NCBI RefSeq assembly: GCF_963676685.1
Contig: NC_092345.1
Coordinates: 69,130,001 to 69,194,000 of the forward strand
Direction: 5' to 3'
DNA: 64,000 bases
Source of the DNA: Mytilus edulis
Lineage: Eukaryota
Shown: in pieces, positions 26,209 to 39,600 of the stretch
Layout of the letters: each line of letters opens with the position of its first letter
Numbering within the stretch: position 1 is the stretch's first letter
Notes under the pieces: model-generated
Seen by the model: the letters and a program-made list of their open reading frames with translations, nothing else
The model's database searches: none
What the model was told of the DNA's origin: nothing
Made by a program: the position numbers and the translations under genes

Positions 26209-27460
26209 AAACAAGGACAGCAGTGGAGTGGCACCTCTTAAAGCAACAGATGGCCTTACATATTCAGAACCAACGGCAAAAGCGAACATCCTGAACAACC
26301 AATTTTCATCGGTATTTAATTCCAACGAACCAGAAGACAACATCAAACCAATGGGTAAACAGAAGTTCCCGAATATGTTTAACATTAACATCACAGAACC
26401 AGGAGTATTAAAACTACTACAAGGCCTTAAAATCCACAAAGCTACTGGGCCAGATGGATTGTCAGCTAGACTGTTGAAGTTCGTAGGCTCTGAAATAGCA
26501 CCAGTCTTCACAGTCTTTTTCCAGGCATCCATTAACCAAGGAGCGATCCCAAAGGAATGGAAGAAGGCAGACGTAGTTCCTATATTTAAGAAAGGTGCTA
26601 AGAACCGCCCTGAAAACTACAGACCTGTCTCGCTCACATCCATCACCTGTAAAATGCTGGAGCATATAATCACGAGCAGCATAATGAAACACCTAGAGAA
26701 ACACACCATACTAACAGACGCACAGCATGGCTTCCGTAAACACAGATCCTGTGAATCTCAACTTATAATCACTATCCAGGATCTAGCCAAAACAGTCGAT
26801 AACACCGGACAAACAGATGTCATCCTCCTGGACTTCTCCAAGGCTTTCGACAAGGTTCCTCATAAGCGACTTATGCATTAGCTACATCACTACGGAATAC
26901 GGGGTAGTCTCCATAGCTGGATTGAAGACTTTCTCAACGAAAGAACACAACATGTCGTTCTCGAAAACGGTAAATCCAATACTGCACCTGTCCAATCAGG
27001 AGTTCCTCAGGGCAGTGTCCTTGGACCCATCCTTTTTCTACTTTACATTAACGACCTACCAGATTACACAGTCAACAAATCATCAGTTAGACTCTTTGCC
27101 GATGACTGCGTATTGTACAGGGAAATAAAAAACACCAAAGATGCAGAACTACTTCAACAAGATCTGGAAACCCTACAAGAATGGGAGAATGATTGGCTCA
27201 TGGAATTTCATCCCAAAAAGTGCCAAGTCATTCACATTACCAACAAGAGGAAACCAATCAGACAGCCATATATCATCCATGGTCACGTCTTAGAGGAAGT
27301 AGAATGTGCAAAATATCTGGGGGCCAACATCCACCACAAACTAAACTGGACTACTCACATAGACCAAGTAGTAAGAAAAGCCAACAACACCAGGGCTTTT
27401 CTACAGAGAAATATATCACAATGCCCACGAAAGACCAAGGAACTCTGCTACAAGTTTGAG
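26209..27460 (+). mobile_element. non-LTR retrotransposon (CR1-like clade) reverse transcriptase fragment, truncated at both ends, one nonsense codon
   Basis: KATGPDG, VVPIFKKG, NYRPVSLTS, QHGFR, LDFSKAFDKVPH, GVPQGSVLGP, FADD, KYLG. TAG at 26879-26881 with the same frame continuing afterwards. Confidence 0.92.
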
Positions 27461-28036
27461 TTAACAGTAAGTTGATATTTTGATAACCGTATTTCTTTGA
27501 TTTTGTATGACCGATATCTAAATAAAACTGTTCTAACAAAAGTCAGTGGAATTCCATTTTATTTTCCGTGTATAGTGAGTTATTCAAGGTTAAACAAAGT
27601 AGTAAATTGAACTTTTTTGTTCGTTAGGTTATCCATGTACAGAAATTGGAAACAAAATTACACAACTTTTTAGCAACCATCATATGTTTATCTTTGTTCA
27701 TGTTGTTAGTTGTCATTTGTACTGCCATAAGGGTTATTGACTATTAAACTACTTTTGAGACATACTAACTGATTTAACTGACTATATATTACACGCTTAG
27801 TCAAATAACAATTTTGTTCACAATAAGATACGCAAGAGATTTGACAGGGTTTGAAAAATGACACTGCAAAAGTACATTTATATTATTTGCCTGCTTATCC
27901 AAAATTGGCAGGGAGAACTGAAGAACATATAAAAAACAAACATTTCCTTATTGCTACATGTTAGAATGACAATTTTACTGAGATTTATGAAGAAAGAAAC
28001 GAAGAAAATTCTTCTCTGTACTAAACTCCATCTTAC

Positions 28037-28110
28037 CTCTTTCACTGTTCTTTGTAATTAGACTATCACCGTTGACGACGTTTGTTCTTCGAAGATCTCT
28101 ATGACGTTAT
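28037..28110 (-). other. candidate non-coding first exon of the CALCOCO-like gene (5' boundary unknown)
   Basis: Strong GAG|GTAAGA donor on the minus strand, locally CpG-rich. The ATG-containing exon has an upstream acceptor, so an earlier exon is implied. Confidence 0.35.
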
Positions 28111-29939
28111 ACAACAGGGATGTATTCAAATGATCGGCCCGATTGGATCGTCGTATTGGATCAGTAACGTTATAATTATAGTATATAAAGATTTGATTTT
28201 AATAAGATGTTAATTGCAATTTTCCCAGTCAGTTCTGCGGTATAAATACATAAACCTATTTTGAAAATTATACAATTAAAATAACATTAGGAAAAGAATT
28301 GCGCAAGGTTTGTATACCCAAAGTTCATTGTCATTTGTCCTGATCCATCAAACGTAAAAAAAAAAAAGGATTCAACTTTATAATTCGTACTTTTAAGACA
28401 GTTTGTTGTCAATCTACGAAATCAGTGTCGTAAAGCTATAATTGTGTATACATGAGCATCAACAACCCTAAAGCAGGTTATTTAAGCCAAATTGATGCCA
28501 CTGAAATCAACGCGAGACACAAAATTCAATTCATTGGCAACAACCGATAGACTTTTTTTATATAACTATCCACCAGATAAAAAATGCCGTGGATGTAAAC
28601 AACTATATTTCCCCGTTAGGTTATAATAAACAATACCAGTAACTATAATAAAAAGGTTTCGATATGACAAAATATGAAACAATTTAAACGAGAAAACAAC
28701 GGAAAGACTGGTTACGATTCACAGCATCATCACATCATTCCGCATATCAAATTAATTGAAAAAAAGGAGATGCTTAAATATTTATAAAAGTTTGATAAAA
28801 AAAAGACCTTTCACAATTGATGGTTTAATAAAGCAAAGCTTGTATTTTTGTCATATTTATATGTTGTCCGTTTTGTATTCGGAATCATGTTTCTCAGCTT
28901 GGTATTGGTCTTTTATATCGAAAGAGGTTATATGGTTTGGCAAATTCTTCCACAATTAAAATAGGAGCTCCATAAGAGGTCTAGAGCAAAATTTTATAAC
29001 TGGAGCATTTGATTCAGATTTGGAGAATTCAAAATTAAATCAAAGTTTGTCTTTACCAACAATTTGAAGATCTCTAGATATTTTTATCTGCCAAATGCTA
29101 CATAGATCTCTTAAAGAGAACTTTGTTACAAACTCACGACTTTTTTTTGTTTTCATGCAACTCATGCTGTTCGATGCATTTTGATTCATTATGGTTTTTT
29201 TTGGTAATATTTCAGTGAATCAAATGAATAATCTAAATGAATTAATTTTATATCTGGAATACAATAATTTCACGATAACAGCGTAAAACAATTAGACCAA
29301 CTGCCCATTACAGTGATATCAATGGTGAATTTGATAAGTATTTATTTTCTTAGAAACTCCACCCATAAATCTTATATATATCAGTATAAATAAATCAGAT
29401 TATTCTACAATTACAGCTGTTGAGCTGTATATCTAAAGATTATTTTGGACGATAATTAAACAGATTGTTTAAGATACTGAAAGGATATATAATTAGTAAA
29501 TGATAACAAATGCATTTGCAACATCATAATTAACCAATGTATATCTTTCATTTATTGCTTTGTAAACTAACTTTCTCTGAAAAGTGAAAGATTGACTCCA
29601 ATCGATGAGAACGGACATTTTTCTTTTTATTCCGGAAAAGCTATCGTCAGAGTGACGAGATGTTTTCTCCTTTAAACAAGAAAATAGAAATTCCCAACTA
29701 ATTCAATGAATAGTTAATTACTAATTGAAATGCTGCCGAATACGAATACCATACCTTGGATTTCTTCTTTTGAAAACTCAATGATCTTTAACATAGTATA
29801 TTTTTTTTATTTTGGGGGTTTCTCATCTTCATTTAAATTGGCAAATATTTAAGTTGTTGTTTATTTCACTTATCTTTTATATATAAATAATAAAGGACGT
29901 TGATTTTGTAAACAGTCCCCCCTATTTAATCTGCTATTT

Positions 29940-30290
29940 CACCTCGCTGGTCTCGTGGTATTACATGATCGAGTCAAGTGTGGAAAGTCGCGGATTCGTT
30001 CATAGGCAGAGCCAAACTATAAAGGCTTTAAGTCAGTATTTTCTGTTTTTCTTGTAAGCACGCGGCATCTAGAACTGGTCTGCTCGGAGTCTAAAAATGT
30101 GACCGGATATGATGGCATGTCTTCCCGCAGACTTTTTCGTGGGAACTAGCACTATCAAACAGACTCAGTTGGTCAAGTACAAATCAAGGTTCATATTCAT
30201 AACACTTTTTAACACGTTATTGTTCTGCACACATGTAATATTTGCCGCTTGGTGCTATGCACAACTCCATCATCATCATCGTCATCATCA
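29940..30290 (+). mobile_element. degenerate SINE related to the 19929-20200 copy
   Basis: Shared blocks (AAGCACGCGGCAT, GGCATGTCTT, GGTCAAGTACAAA) and a (CAT)n tail. Confidence 0.5.
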
Positions 30291-32051
30291 ACAAAAAATC
30301 ATGACAATTTTTAAAACATTTCCAGTCTTAACCAGGCTTTATGTATCATTGTCTTTTTGCTTAGTTTCTTCTGTTTAATCTATTCTGACATCGGACTCTG
30401 ACTTCTTTTGAACTGAGTTTTACTGTGCGTATTGTTGTGTGTTTGTTTTTTCTACATTGGCTAGAGTTATAGGGGAGGGTTGAGATCTCAGAAAACATGT
30501 TTAAACCCCACCGCATTTTTGCGCCTATTCCATGTTAGGAGCCTCTGGCCTTTGTTAGTCTTGTTTGATTTTTAATTTTAGTTTCTTTTGTATATTTCGG
30601 AGATTTAGTATGACGTCCATTATCACTGAACAAGTACATTTATACATTTTTATTTAGGGGTCATCTGAAGCACACCTTTGGGTACTGGATTTTCTGGATG
30701 CTTTGAAGGCCCATTGGTGGCCTTCGGCTGTTGTCTGCTCTTTGGTCAGGTTGTTATCTCTGATTCATTCCCCATTTCCAATCTCAATTTTATTGCAGTG
30801 TTGTGTGAATGTATGAGCTGAAAAAAACCTTTTGTGTTCGCAGATCAATATCATAGAAAAAAAAGACGAACTGATTTCATTTTGATATTGTATGAACAAG
30901 CCGTATTTTTCAAACAATGAGCACCATGATGACGGGACAATGATCATTTTAAAGAGAAAATGTGCTGTATTAAGCAACTGTGTTGAGTTGAGATAACCCG
31001 TGTTCGTATTATTATGCCCTTACGTACAATAGTGTGCATGCTGTTTTTAAAATAGTCAGTTAGACTTGACGACATTGACCTTAACCACATCTCTCTTTGG
31101 TGCCTATTTTGTCGTGGCTGGGATATAATATAATCCAAGGTTGTTGCTACGGGTTTTGTTTTTTTTTTTAACAAGTAGGACTTTTTAATTACCTCAAATG
31201 TGAATAAATCTTTAGAACAATTGTACTTTTTTACTGTGTAAAAATTTCCGTATCAATTCCAAAGTTATCAAAGCGCAATATGTGCTTTGCTAGACGATAC
31301 CACATGAACGCGTTTTTTTGTGAATGATTTAAAAAGATAAAATTATGTTAAGTCAGTCATAATTAGAAACTCGAAGTCAGTTTTTATAGCACTGCGGTTT
31401 TTACGAAAATTAAAGAAACATTTTATGATGTCTATACGATTAAAAATCACTTTAAATTAATATTTCAGTTATAATCTTATCTAGTTGTGAGGGACCGAGA
31501 GGGAAACCTTTTGTTGATAGAATTTGAGAAATATTAAAATACAGTAAAATGTGTAGATTATTGTTCAACGTCTTGTGAAATTAACTACCATATCAAATCG
31601 TATCGGGTGGTGCGCAGAAGAACAAACTTCGTATACCTGTCGAATACTGAATGTAACTGTTAACAATTAAGAAAAAAATCTAGTGTCGGGTAAAAATTCT
31701 ATAAACTGAATTTACAATATTAATAGTACAACAGAATACCCGAGTGTAAATCAGACTTGACTAGTACTATCCTATAGTAAATATCTTGTCAAAAGAAATA
31801 AAAAGATCTTATCGTTGGTTACTAAGTTTATTATCTACTATACTCTGATGTGTTTTGTATCACGGTTTCTGTTATCACATCTTAGCTTCGGGTTGAATAT
31901 TACTGACAGAACTTTCGACTGGACTGAACTTTTACGCAACGTGTTCAGAATTGATTGTAGTGCTTTATTGGGTATATCGCTAAAAGTTTATCAACAAAGG
32001 GAATATAGTTATGTTTTTGTGAAGAAAATCGGAGTTTAGTTTCATTCAACA

Positions 32052-32291
32052 ATGTCTCTATATAACTTGTTCCAATTGCGAGATGCTATGAATTTCGCAC
32101 GTCTTCTGGCCCTAGGCGTATACTTAATTGCTGTGTGTTCAGGTGCCCCATCAGATTCTTCAGATGACGAAAAACAAGCTAAATTATGGCTAGTGGAGTA
32201 TAATAAAAGGGCATCTGAAATTTATTACCGTGACTCTGTTGCAGCTTGGAATTGGAATACCAATATAACTGACTACAACCAAAATGTATCT
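32052..32291 (+). CDS. ACE: ACE exon 1 (signal peptide, start of domain 1); alternative start ATG at 32088
   Basis: [19 protein letters not shown] hydrophobic leader; [13 protein letters not shown]; GTAAGT donor. Confidence 0.92.
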
Positions 32292-33616
32292 GTAAGTTAG
32301 ATTTTTTCCCTCGATTTGCATTAATAAATTAGAAAATAGTATTCTTAATCTTCCTTTATTTTAAAGTTGTAGAATATCTTACATCATGTTAAGATAAACG
32401 TTCATATGTAGTAACTGTTTGACAAGATTTTATTCGAAGTTTCTGGTTGTCGTTCTATTAAATTATGCAGTCAAGTATTTTATAAATAACAATTCAAAAT
32501 ATTTTCGTTTTTATGCATGTCGCCAAATTAAACAAGTGTTTATGCATTGAACACATGACTAGGAAGGGTATTTAACTATGATATCAACATACTTCCAATG
32601 ACATTAATATCTATTATCTTACTCATTGAATAACAATTACAGAAGTATTGCCAATTTTTCCTGAGTTCATTTTAACACCTGTGATATTTTCAGAGCCATT
32701 AAACTTTTAATTGGTTGAATCCATTATGTCACAGTTTCATGTATTTATGTGCCAATTATTCGGTTACTGTACAATTTATTTAAAAAAATAAGCGTTTTTT
32801 GAGTGTGTGCAGCGTGTAAAATTTTTTTTGTTTTCATGATAGAATCAATAGTTTTCCTTTTTTTCCTCTACGGTTTGACGTGAAATTTTATGAAGAGCTG
32901 AGTAGTGAAACAGGCTGAGGACAAATCTATAATTTGAGTTTCTATAAAATGTCCGAAGCAAGTGACCACATCAAATATTCTTTAAGACTTCGAAAACTAC
33001 AAAAAATCAGTAAAGGTCTGGAAATTCAAAATGCGATTTGGTGCCACACTGCCACGCCGGATATCTCAGAATCTCGAATCTGGCGAGGGAAGTCTTCAGA
33101 ACAAAACAGATCTAACATTGTTGGGTTGATGTTTAGACGGGATGTATATATGTATAAAATATATATACAACTCGTCTAAACATCAACCCAACAATGTTAG
33201 ATCTGTAAATTTTCCTTCGCAATACATGTACAGTGTAGTCAAAAGAATTGTTCTCTGTTAAACAATCCGTTGTATCCATGCCTCCGTTTATTTTTTTAAA
33301 ATACTGTAAAAATGACAGTTACTGAGCGTTAACCATTTTGACTCACTGTATAATGAAAGACTATGACAGAGCTATACCTCGTTGCAATGATGAAGAAACC
33401 CCCAATTAATACTATTACCATAACAATACCCCACCACTATTAAATGTTAATTCAAACCAGTCGAAGTTTCTTATTTTAGAAACTAGCTTACTTGTACGTC
33501 AATCTGGTCACTCTGTCGGAGACTTATTTTTTATATTAATCTTTTTACTTTTTATACGACCGCAAAATTTGAAAAAAATTTCGTCGTATATTGCTATCAC
33601 GTTGGCGTCGTCGTCT

Positions 33617-33648
<32 letters not shown>

Positions 33649-36600
33649 CGAATACTTTTAGTTTTCGCACTCTAACTTTAGTAAAAGTGAATAGAAATCT
33701 ATGAAATTTTAACATAAGGTTTATGACCACAAAAGCAAGGTTGGGATTGATTTTGGGAGTTTTGGTCCCAACAGTTTAGGAATTAGGGGCCAAAAAGGGC
33801 CCAAATAAGCATTTTCTTGGTTTTCGCACTATAACTTTAGTTTAAGTAAATAGAAATCTTTGAAATTTTGACACAAGGTTTATGACCACAAAAGAAAGGT
33901 TGGGATTGATTTTGGGAGTTTTGGTTCCAACAGTTTAAGTATTAGGGGCCAAAAAAGGGCCAAAATAAGCATTATTCTTGGTTTTCGCACAATAACTTTA
34001 GTATAAGTTAATAGAAATCAATGAAATTTAAACACAAGGTCTATGACCACAAAAGGAAGATTGGGATTGATTTTGGGAGTTGAGGTCCAAACAGTTTAGG
34101 AATAAGGGGCCAAAAAGGGGCCCAAATAAGCATTTTTCTTGGTTTTCGCACCATAACTTTAGTATAAGTAAATAGAAATCTATGAAATTTAAACACAAGG
34201 TTTATAACCATAAAAGGAAGGTTGGGATTGATTTTGGGAGTTTTGGTCCCAACAGTTTAGGAATAAGGGGCCCAAAGGGTTCAACATTAAACTTTGTTTG
34301 ATTTAATCAAAAATTGAATAATTGGGGTTCTTTGATATGCTGAATCTAACTGTGTATGTAGATTCTTAATTTTTGGTCCCGTTTTCAAAGTGGTCTACAT
34401 TAAGGTCCAAAGGGTCCAAAATGAAACTTAGTTTGATTTTAACAAAAATTGAATCCTTGGGGTTCTTTGATATGCTGAATCTAAAAATGTACTTAGATTT
34501 TTAATTATTGGCCCAGTTTTCAAGTTGGTCCAAATCGGGGTCCAGAATTTAACTTTGTTTGATTTCATCAAAAATTGAATAATTGGGGTTCTTTGATATG
34601 CCAAATCTAACTGTGTATGTAGATTCTTAATTTTTGGTCCCGTTTTCAAATTGGTCTACATTAAAGTCCAAAGGGTCCAAAATTAAACTAAGTTTGATTT
34701 TTACAAAAATTTAATTCTTGGGCTTCTTTGATATGCTGAATCTGAACATGTACTTTGATTTTTTATTATGGGCCCAGTTTTCAAGTTGGTCCAAATCAGG
34801 ATCCAAAATTATTATATTAAGTATTGTGCAATAGCAAGAAATTTTCAATTGCACAGTATTCAGCAATAGCAAGAAATCTTCAATTGCACAGTATTGTGCA
34901 ATAGCAAGAAATTTTCCATTGCATAGTATTGCGCAATAGCAAGAAATCTTCAATTGCACAGTATTGTGCAATAGCAAGTATTTTCAATTGCACAGTATTG
35001 CGCAATAGCAAGAAATATCTAATTGCACAATATTGTGCAATAGCAAGAAATTTTTTAATTGGAGTTATCTTTCTTTGTCCAGAATAGTAGTTGAATCAAC
35101 TTAAATCATTGTTTTATACAATATACAATGTATATTCACTTTTACTACCAACTGATAAATTAAAACAATCAGTGATAACAAGCACTTTTTTTACATTTTA
35201 ATATTTTATGATGTATTTAAATTAGTAGTTATTGTTGCAAACTCCATTAGAAATTTGAATTGAGATCAGTTTTGGAATAAGGGAAAGGGGGATGTGAAAA
35301 ATATATTCAACAGCATAGTGAATTGCTCAAAGGCAAAACAAAAATTTTAAGTTCATTAGAACACATTCATTCTGTGTCAGAAACCTATGCTGTGTCAACT
35401 ATTTAATCACAATCCAAATTTAGAGTTGAATCCAGCTTGAATGTTGTGTCATACTTGCCCCAACCGTTCAGGGTTCAACCTCTGCGGTCGTATAAAGCTG
35501 CGCCCTGCGGAGCATCTGGTTTAATGTTCAAAGACAGTTGATCTGTTTTATGGATGATTGTTTGTTTTAACCTCGTCTCTCAGTTTTCTCCTGGTCACGT
35601 GATGGTGTGTGACCAATTTGTTCAGTGGCGGATCCAGAACTTTTCCTAAAGGGGGGGGGGGGGGGGGGGGGGGGCACTGACTGACCTAAAAAGGGGGGGG
35701 GGCGCTCCAGTCATGCTACAATGATTCCCTATATAATCAACCAAATTTTTCCCACGAAAAGGGGGGGGGGGGCGGGGGCGGGCCCCCAGGCCCCCTGGAT
35801 CCGCCTATGTTGTTATTGCTCCAGCCATTTTAAAAAGGGGGGTTCCCAACCCAGAGTAAAAGGGGGGGGTTCCAGCTATAAGCTCCCATTCAAATGCATT
35901 GATCGGCCAAAAAAAAGGGGGGAGGTTCCAACCACCGGAACCCCCCCCCCCCTCTGGATCCGCGCCTGTGCTCCTTGACATCTGCATATCATTTGTTGTT
36001 GTTTATACGTGACATTTCATTTGCATCTATACTTTATTACAGGTTCATGTATCATTAGAATCGTCGAAGTTTACGCAGATGGCTGCAGAAAACGCGTCCA
36101 AATACCACTGGGAAGACTTTAATGATGAAGATGTGAAACGCCAGTTTAATATGGTCACGGATCTTGAAACAAGTGCTCTGGACAAATCAAAGCTAGAGAG
36201 GGTAAACATACTTTACTGATATAACGGTTACATGAATAGACTTGCACGAACTTTTCTTTTTTACCTCTAACCTTAATTCCGAAATATACATCTACGCAAT
36301 CATAATTTATGTCTCTGACTATATAAAAGATAACCCTGAGATTACTATAACCAGAGACATGTCTCTGCTATAACAGTTATTTTGTTATTAAGTCCAGATT
36401 TTTCTCATAAGGGAACAATGATCAACAATACTTTCATTAGTTTGTATCTACAAGAAATTCGTCACGGTATTATTAAGTTTTATTTAAAAATGTGTTTTTA
36501 TATGAAAAAATAGGGTTATATTCGATAGGTTAAACATTTTTTTACCAGTAATTTGCATTTGTAAAGTTTTTTTTTTTTATTCTGGCGGAAAGTTCAAACA

Positions 36601-39600
36601 GTAACTTACTACCTTCTGTTTGTTTCTTTTTGACTACCATTAGAGATGCTTTCACGATGATTTATATGTTTCACTTCCCTTACACAAAGATCCCCGGCTT
36701 GTATTGCCATGCATTTCACAGCGATTCATTTATAGCAGAGAGTCTGAGACATACAATACTATGTCTCTGTTTATAGTTAACGCCTTTTAGCAAACGATTA
36801 GTACTATTAAAAATCCTATGTGTAAGTACCAATCTCATTTCAAGAAGGGTTTTGATTTATACAATTAAGGTTCATGTGGATCTAGTCCGAGATTACTCTG
36901 ACGTCCAACGGCTGTTTTGCCAGACAAAAAACAGCCGTTGGACGTCAGAGTAATCTCGGACTAATGTGGATTCTAAGGGCTAACTGAGACTACTATAACA
37001 CAGTAGTCTCAGGGGCTAAACAGCTAAAATGGATGCGTTTTACCGCAAAATTTACTCTGAGAACAGATAAATCTGTGCATCTGGAAGAGTTTTAAGGCAT
37101 AGCATGCCCTAGATAAATAAAATCAAATGCAGCCATTTTAACCAGAGTCAAATATTTCCAGACTGGCACCTATGATGATGATGATTTGATGGGTGCATAC
37201 CTACAGATTGATTATTTTGAAAATAGATATGTTCTGATGAATTGTTTTTGTTATGTAACATTACTAAAATGGAATTTGAATAAATGTATAATTTTAATTA
37301 TTTTCTGAGGTAGTGAACATGTCTACAATTGATCTGAACTTTATTGCTTGTCATTGATTGCAAAAATTGATATTTTTGTGTAAAACCATGCCTTTTGAAT
37401 ATAACATTATGCATAACATGGAAAATCTTTGATTTTATTATTACAGTCATACATGACTTTAGTAATGCCCTTTACTGTCAGGCATTAAACAGTCATTTTC
37501 AGCTACTGTTAGCGTCAAATTGGTTAAAATTGTACCGTGATTTGTCAAAATATCCTTATCGTGATTCGTCAGAGGTCTCAAATAATTGTTGTAAGTATTA
37601 CTTTTGGGAAAAACTTAACGTAATTTATCAAAATCTTTTGATAATTTTATCATAGAAAAAAAGTGCTCATTTTATCTTCGGGCCTTAATAGATAATAGGT
37701 TTGTTTGCCCAAACGCTACCTACCCAGAAAAAAAGCTGCCTTCTCAAATTCTTTTATTGTCCTGATTTGAAGAATTTTTTTTTATGATCAAATAGGCATG
37801 AAGACTAATAAACATCTGATACTTCAATTTCTTTTTTTGAAAAAAAAAGAAGAAAATTCCCACCTACCTACCCACTGTCTCAACCTTTGGGTAATGTTTG
37901 GGCAAACCAAAATATTTTTAAGTGTGGCCTCATGCACCAAATATTATCGTCAATGTCATTTTGCAAGAAAGTTTACCGTCATTCCTCATGAAGGTACCCC
38001 CATTACCACCCTCATGCATGTTATACTCCTCGGAAGATAAGAGATATTGTCACATTTTAGCAGCCAAAGATTAAATTTTTGGGATAGAACCATAATTTTC
38101 AAATAAAAAATTGAAATGAATTATATTGATTTTTCTCGCCCACCTTTTATGATCCAACACAGAAAAGGACTATATGATTAATCTTATTAATTTAAACAAC
38201 CATATTAAAAGCAGATTTTATGAATTAAATAGTAATCAGTTGTTTTTGGAGAAAATCACCATTTTTAGCTAAAGTGCTGAATACATGCATATAAAAGAAG
38301 GTTTAATTAAATCAAAGCAATTCCATGTAAAGATTGCTCAATTGAATTGATTATATAGAATACAACACTTTTGATCTTAGAAATTACCTGGTGCTGACAA
38401 ACTTCCTATTTTACAAGATATAAAAGTTTTCATGAGATTCTAAAGATCCTTGATCGGCCATCACCGCTGTGTCACACCCAGTCCTAACATTATTTACATG
38501 GAAAATAAAAAAACAAGAAAAGATCAACTGTTCTGTAATCTTTCAGACAAAATAGCAATAGTAATTGCATGATACAAAAATGTATTCAGTACATGTAGAT
38601 ATCCTAAATTTAAAAGAAGGAAGGGATATGTTATATCTTTTCCTGAAACAAAATTACTGTAAATTCTGAAACAATTGCAAGGTTTTTATTAATGCTAATA
38701 ATGCAATTGAATGGGTATCGCAATAATAAGAACACACATTCTGATAAATGAAACAAACATCTGTGTGCATTTTTTTTTTGAAATCGCAATGATTCAACTG
38801 ACATTTTTGTCCATTCTTGAAAAATTGCAATAATAAATGCACACAAATATTAATAATTTCTGAATTTACAGTAATTGAATCCTTAAAAAAATGAAAAGAC
38901 CAAAGTTTTATCAAAGTAAAAAATCTATGTATGTCATTATACATGTACAAATGTACTTAGATTTTAGGTTGCAAATTTGAAGACAGTCTGAACATTTTAA
39001 GATTGGTTTGAATAAACATAGTCATCTGCAATTCACTAATCACTAGGATTGTCGAATATGTTAATAAGAAGATCCTAGTCAACAATTCAATGTAAGGTTA
39101 AATGGTAATATAACTTGGATATAACACTATGTTTAAATACAAGCTGATATAAGTATCATTGTTTTCATGTAAATATATATCATTGAAAATATAATGTATT
39201 GGTGTTATCTTTATCAAAACACAATTAGATTTTTAGTCAGTTTGACAAACATAACAAATCAATGCCTTTCCCATAGTTCATTAGTTTACATGTATCTATA
39301 TTTTGTCTAACCTCCAAATGGAGTTAATTCTTTGGCCCATTTATACATTAAATGAAAAGCATTATCTTTTTCACTGAAAATCTTAAAACTGTCAAACCAT
39401 TCTATGGTTATGAACTTTTGACTTTCTTATTTTGTTTTCACAGTATTAATAAGAGATAATTTAAAGTTCTAAATATAATACAATTTATAACTTACAAGTG
39501 TGATAAACAAGTGATGAAATCTATGGAATGAGTTATCTATAATGGGTCAGATTTTCTTCAACCTGCATATATTCCCTTCAGCATGTTCAGTTATTATGGA

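Noticed and set aside
33545-33730. poly-Arg ORF
   Set aside because: It is a translation of the (CGT)n microsatellite in a HINE element.
34820-35050. 31 bp repeats resembling a CRISPR array
   Set aside because: Head-to-tail units without unique spacers, eukaryotic context, no cas genes.
35640-35960. G-runs as a functional G-quadruplex or Gly-rich ORF
   Set aside because: They are homopolymer tracts inside common small MITEs.
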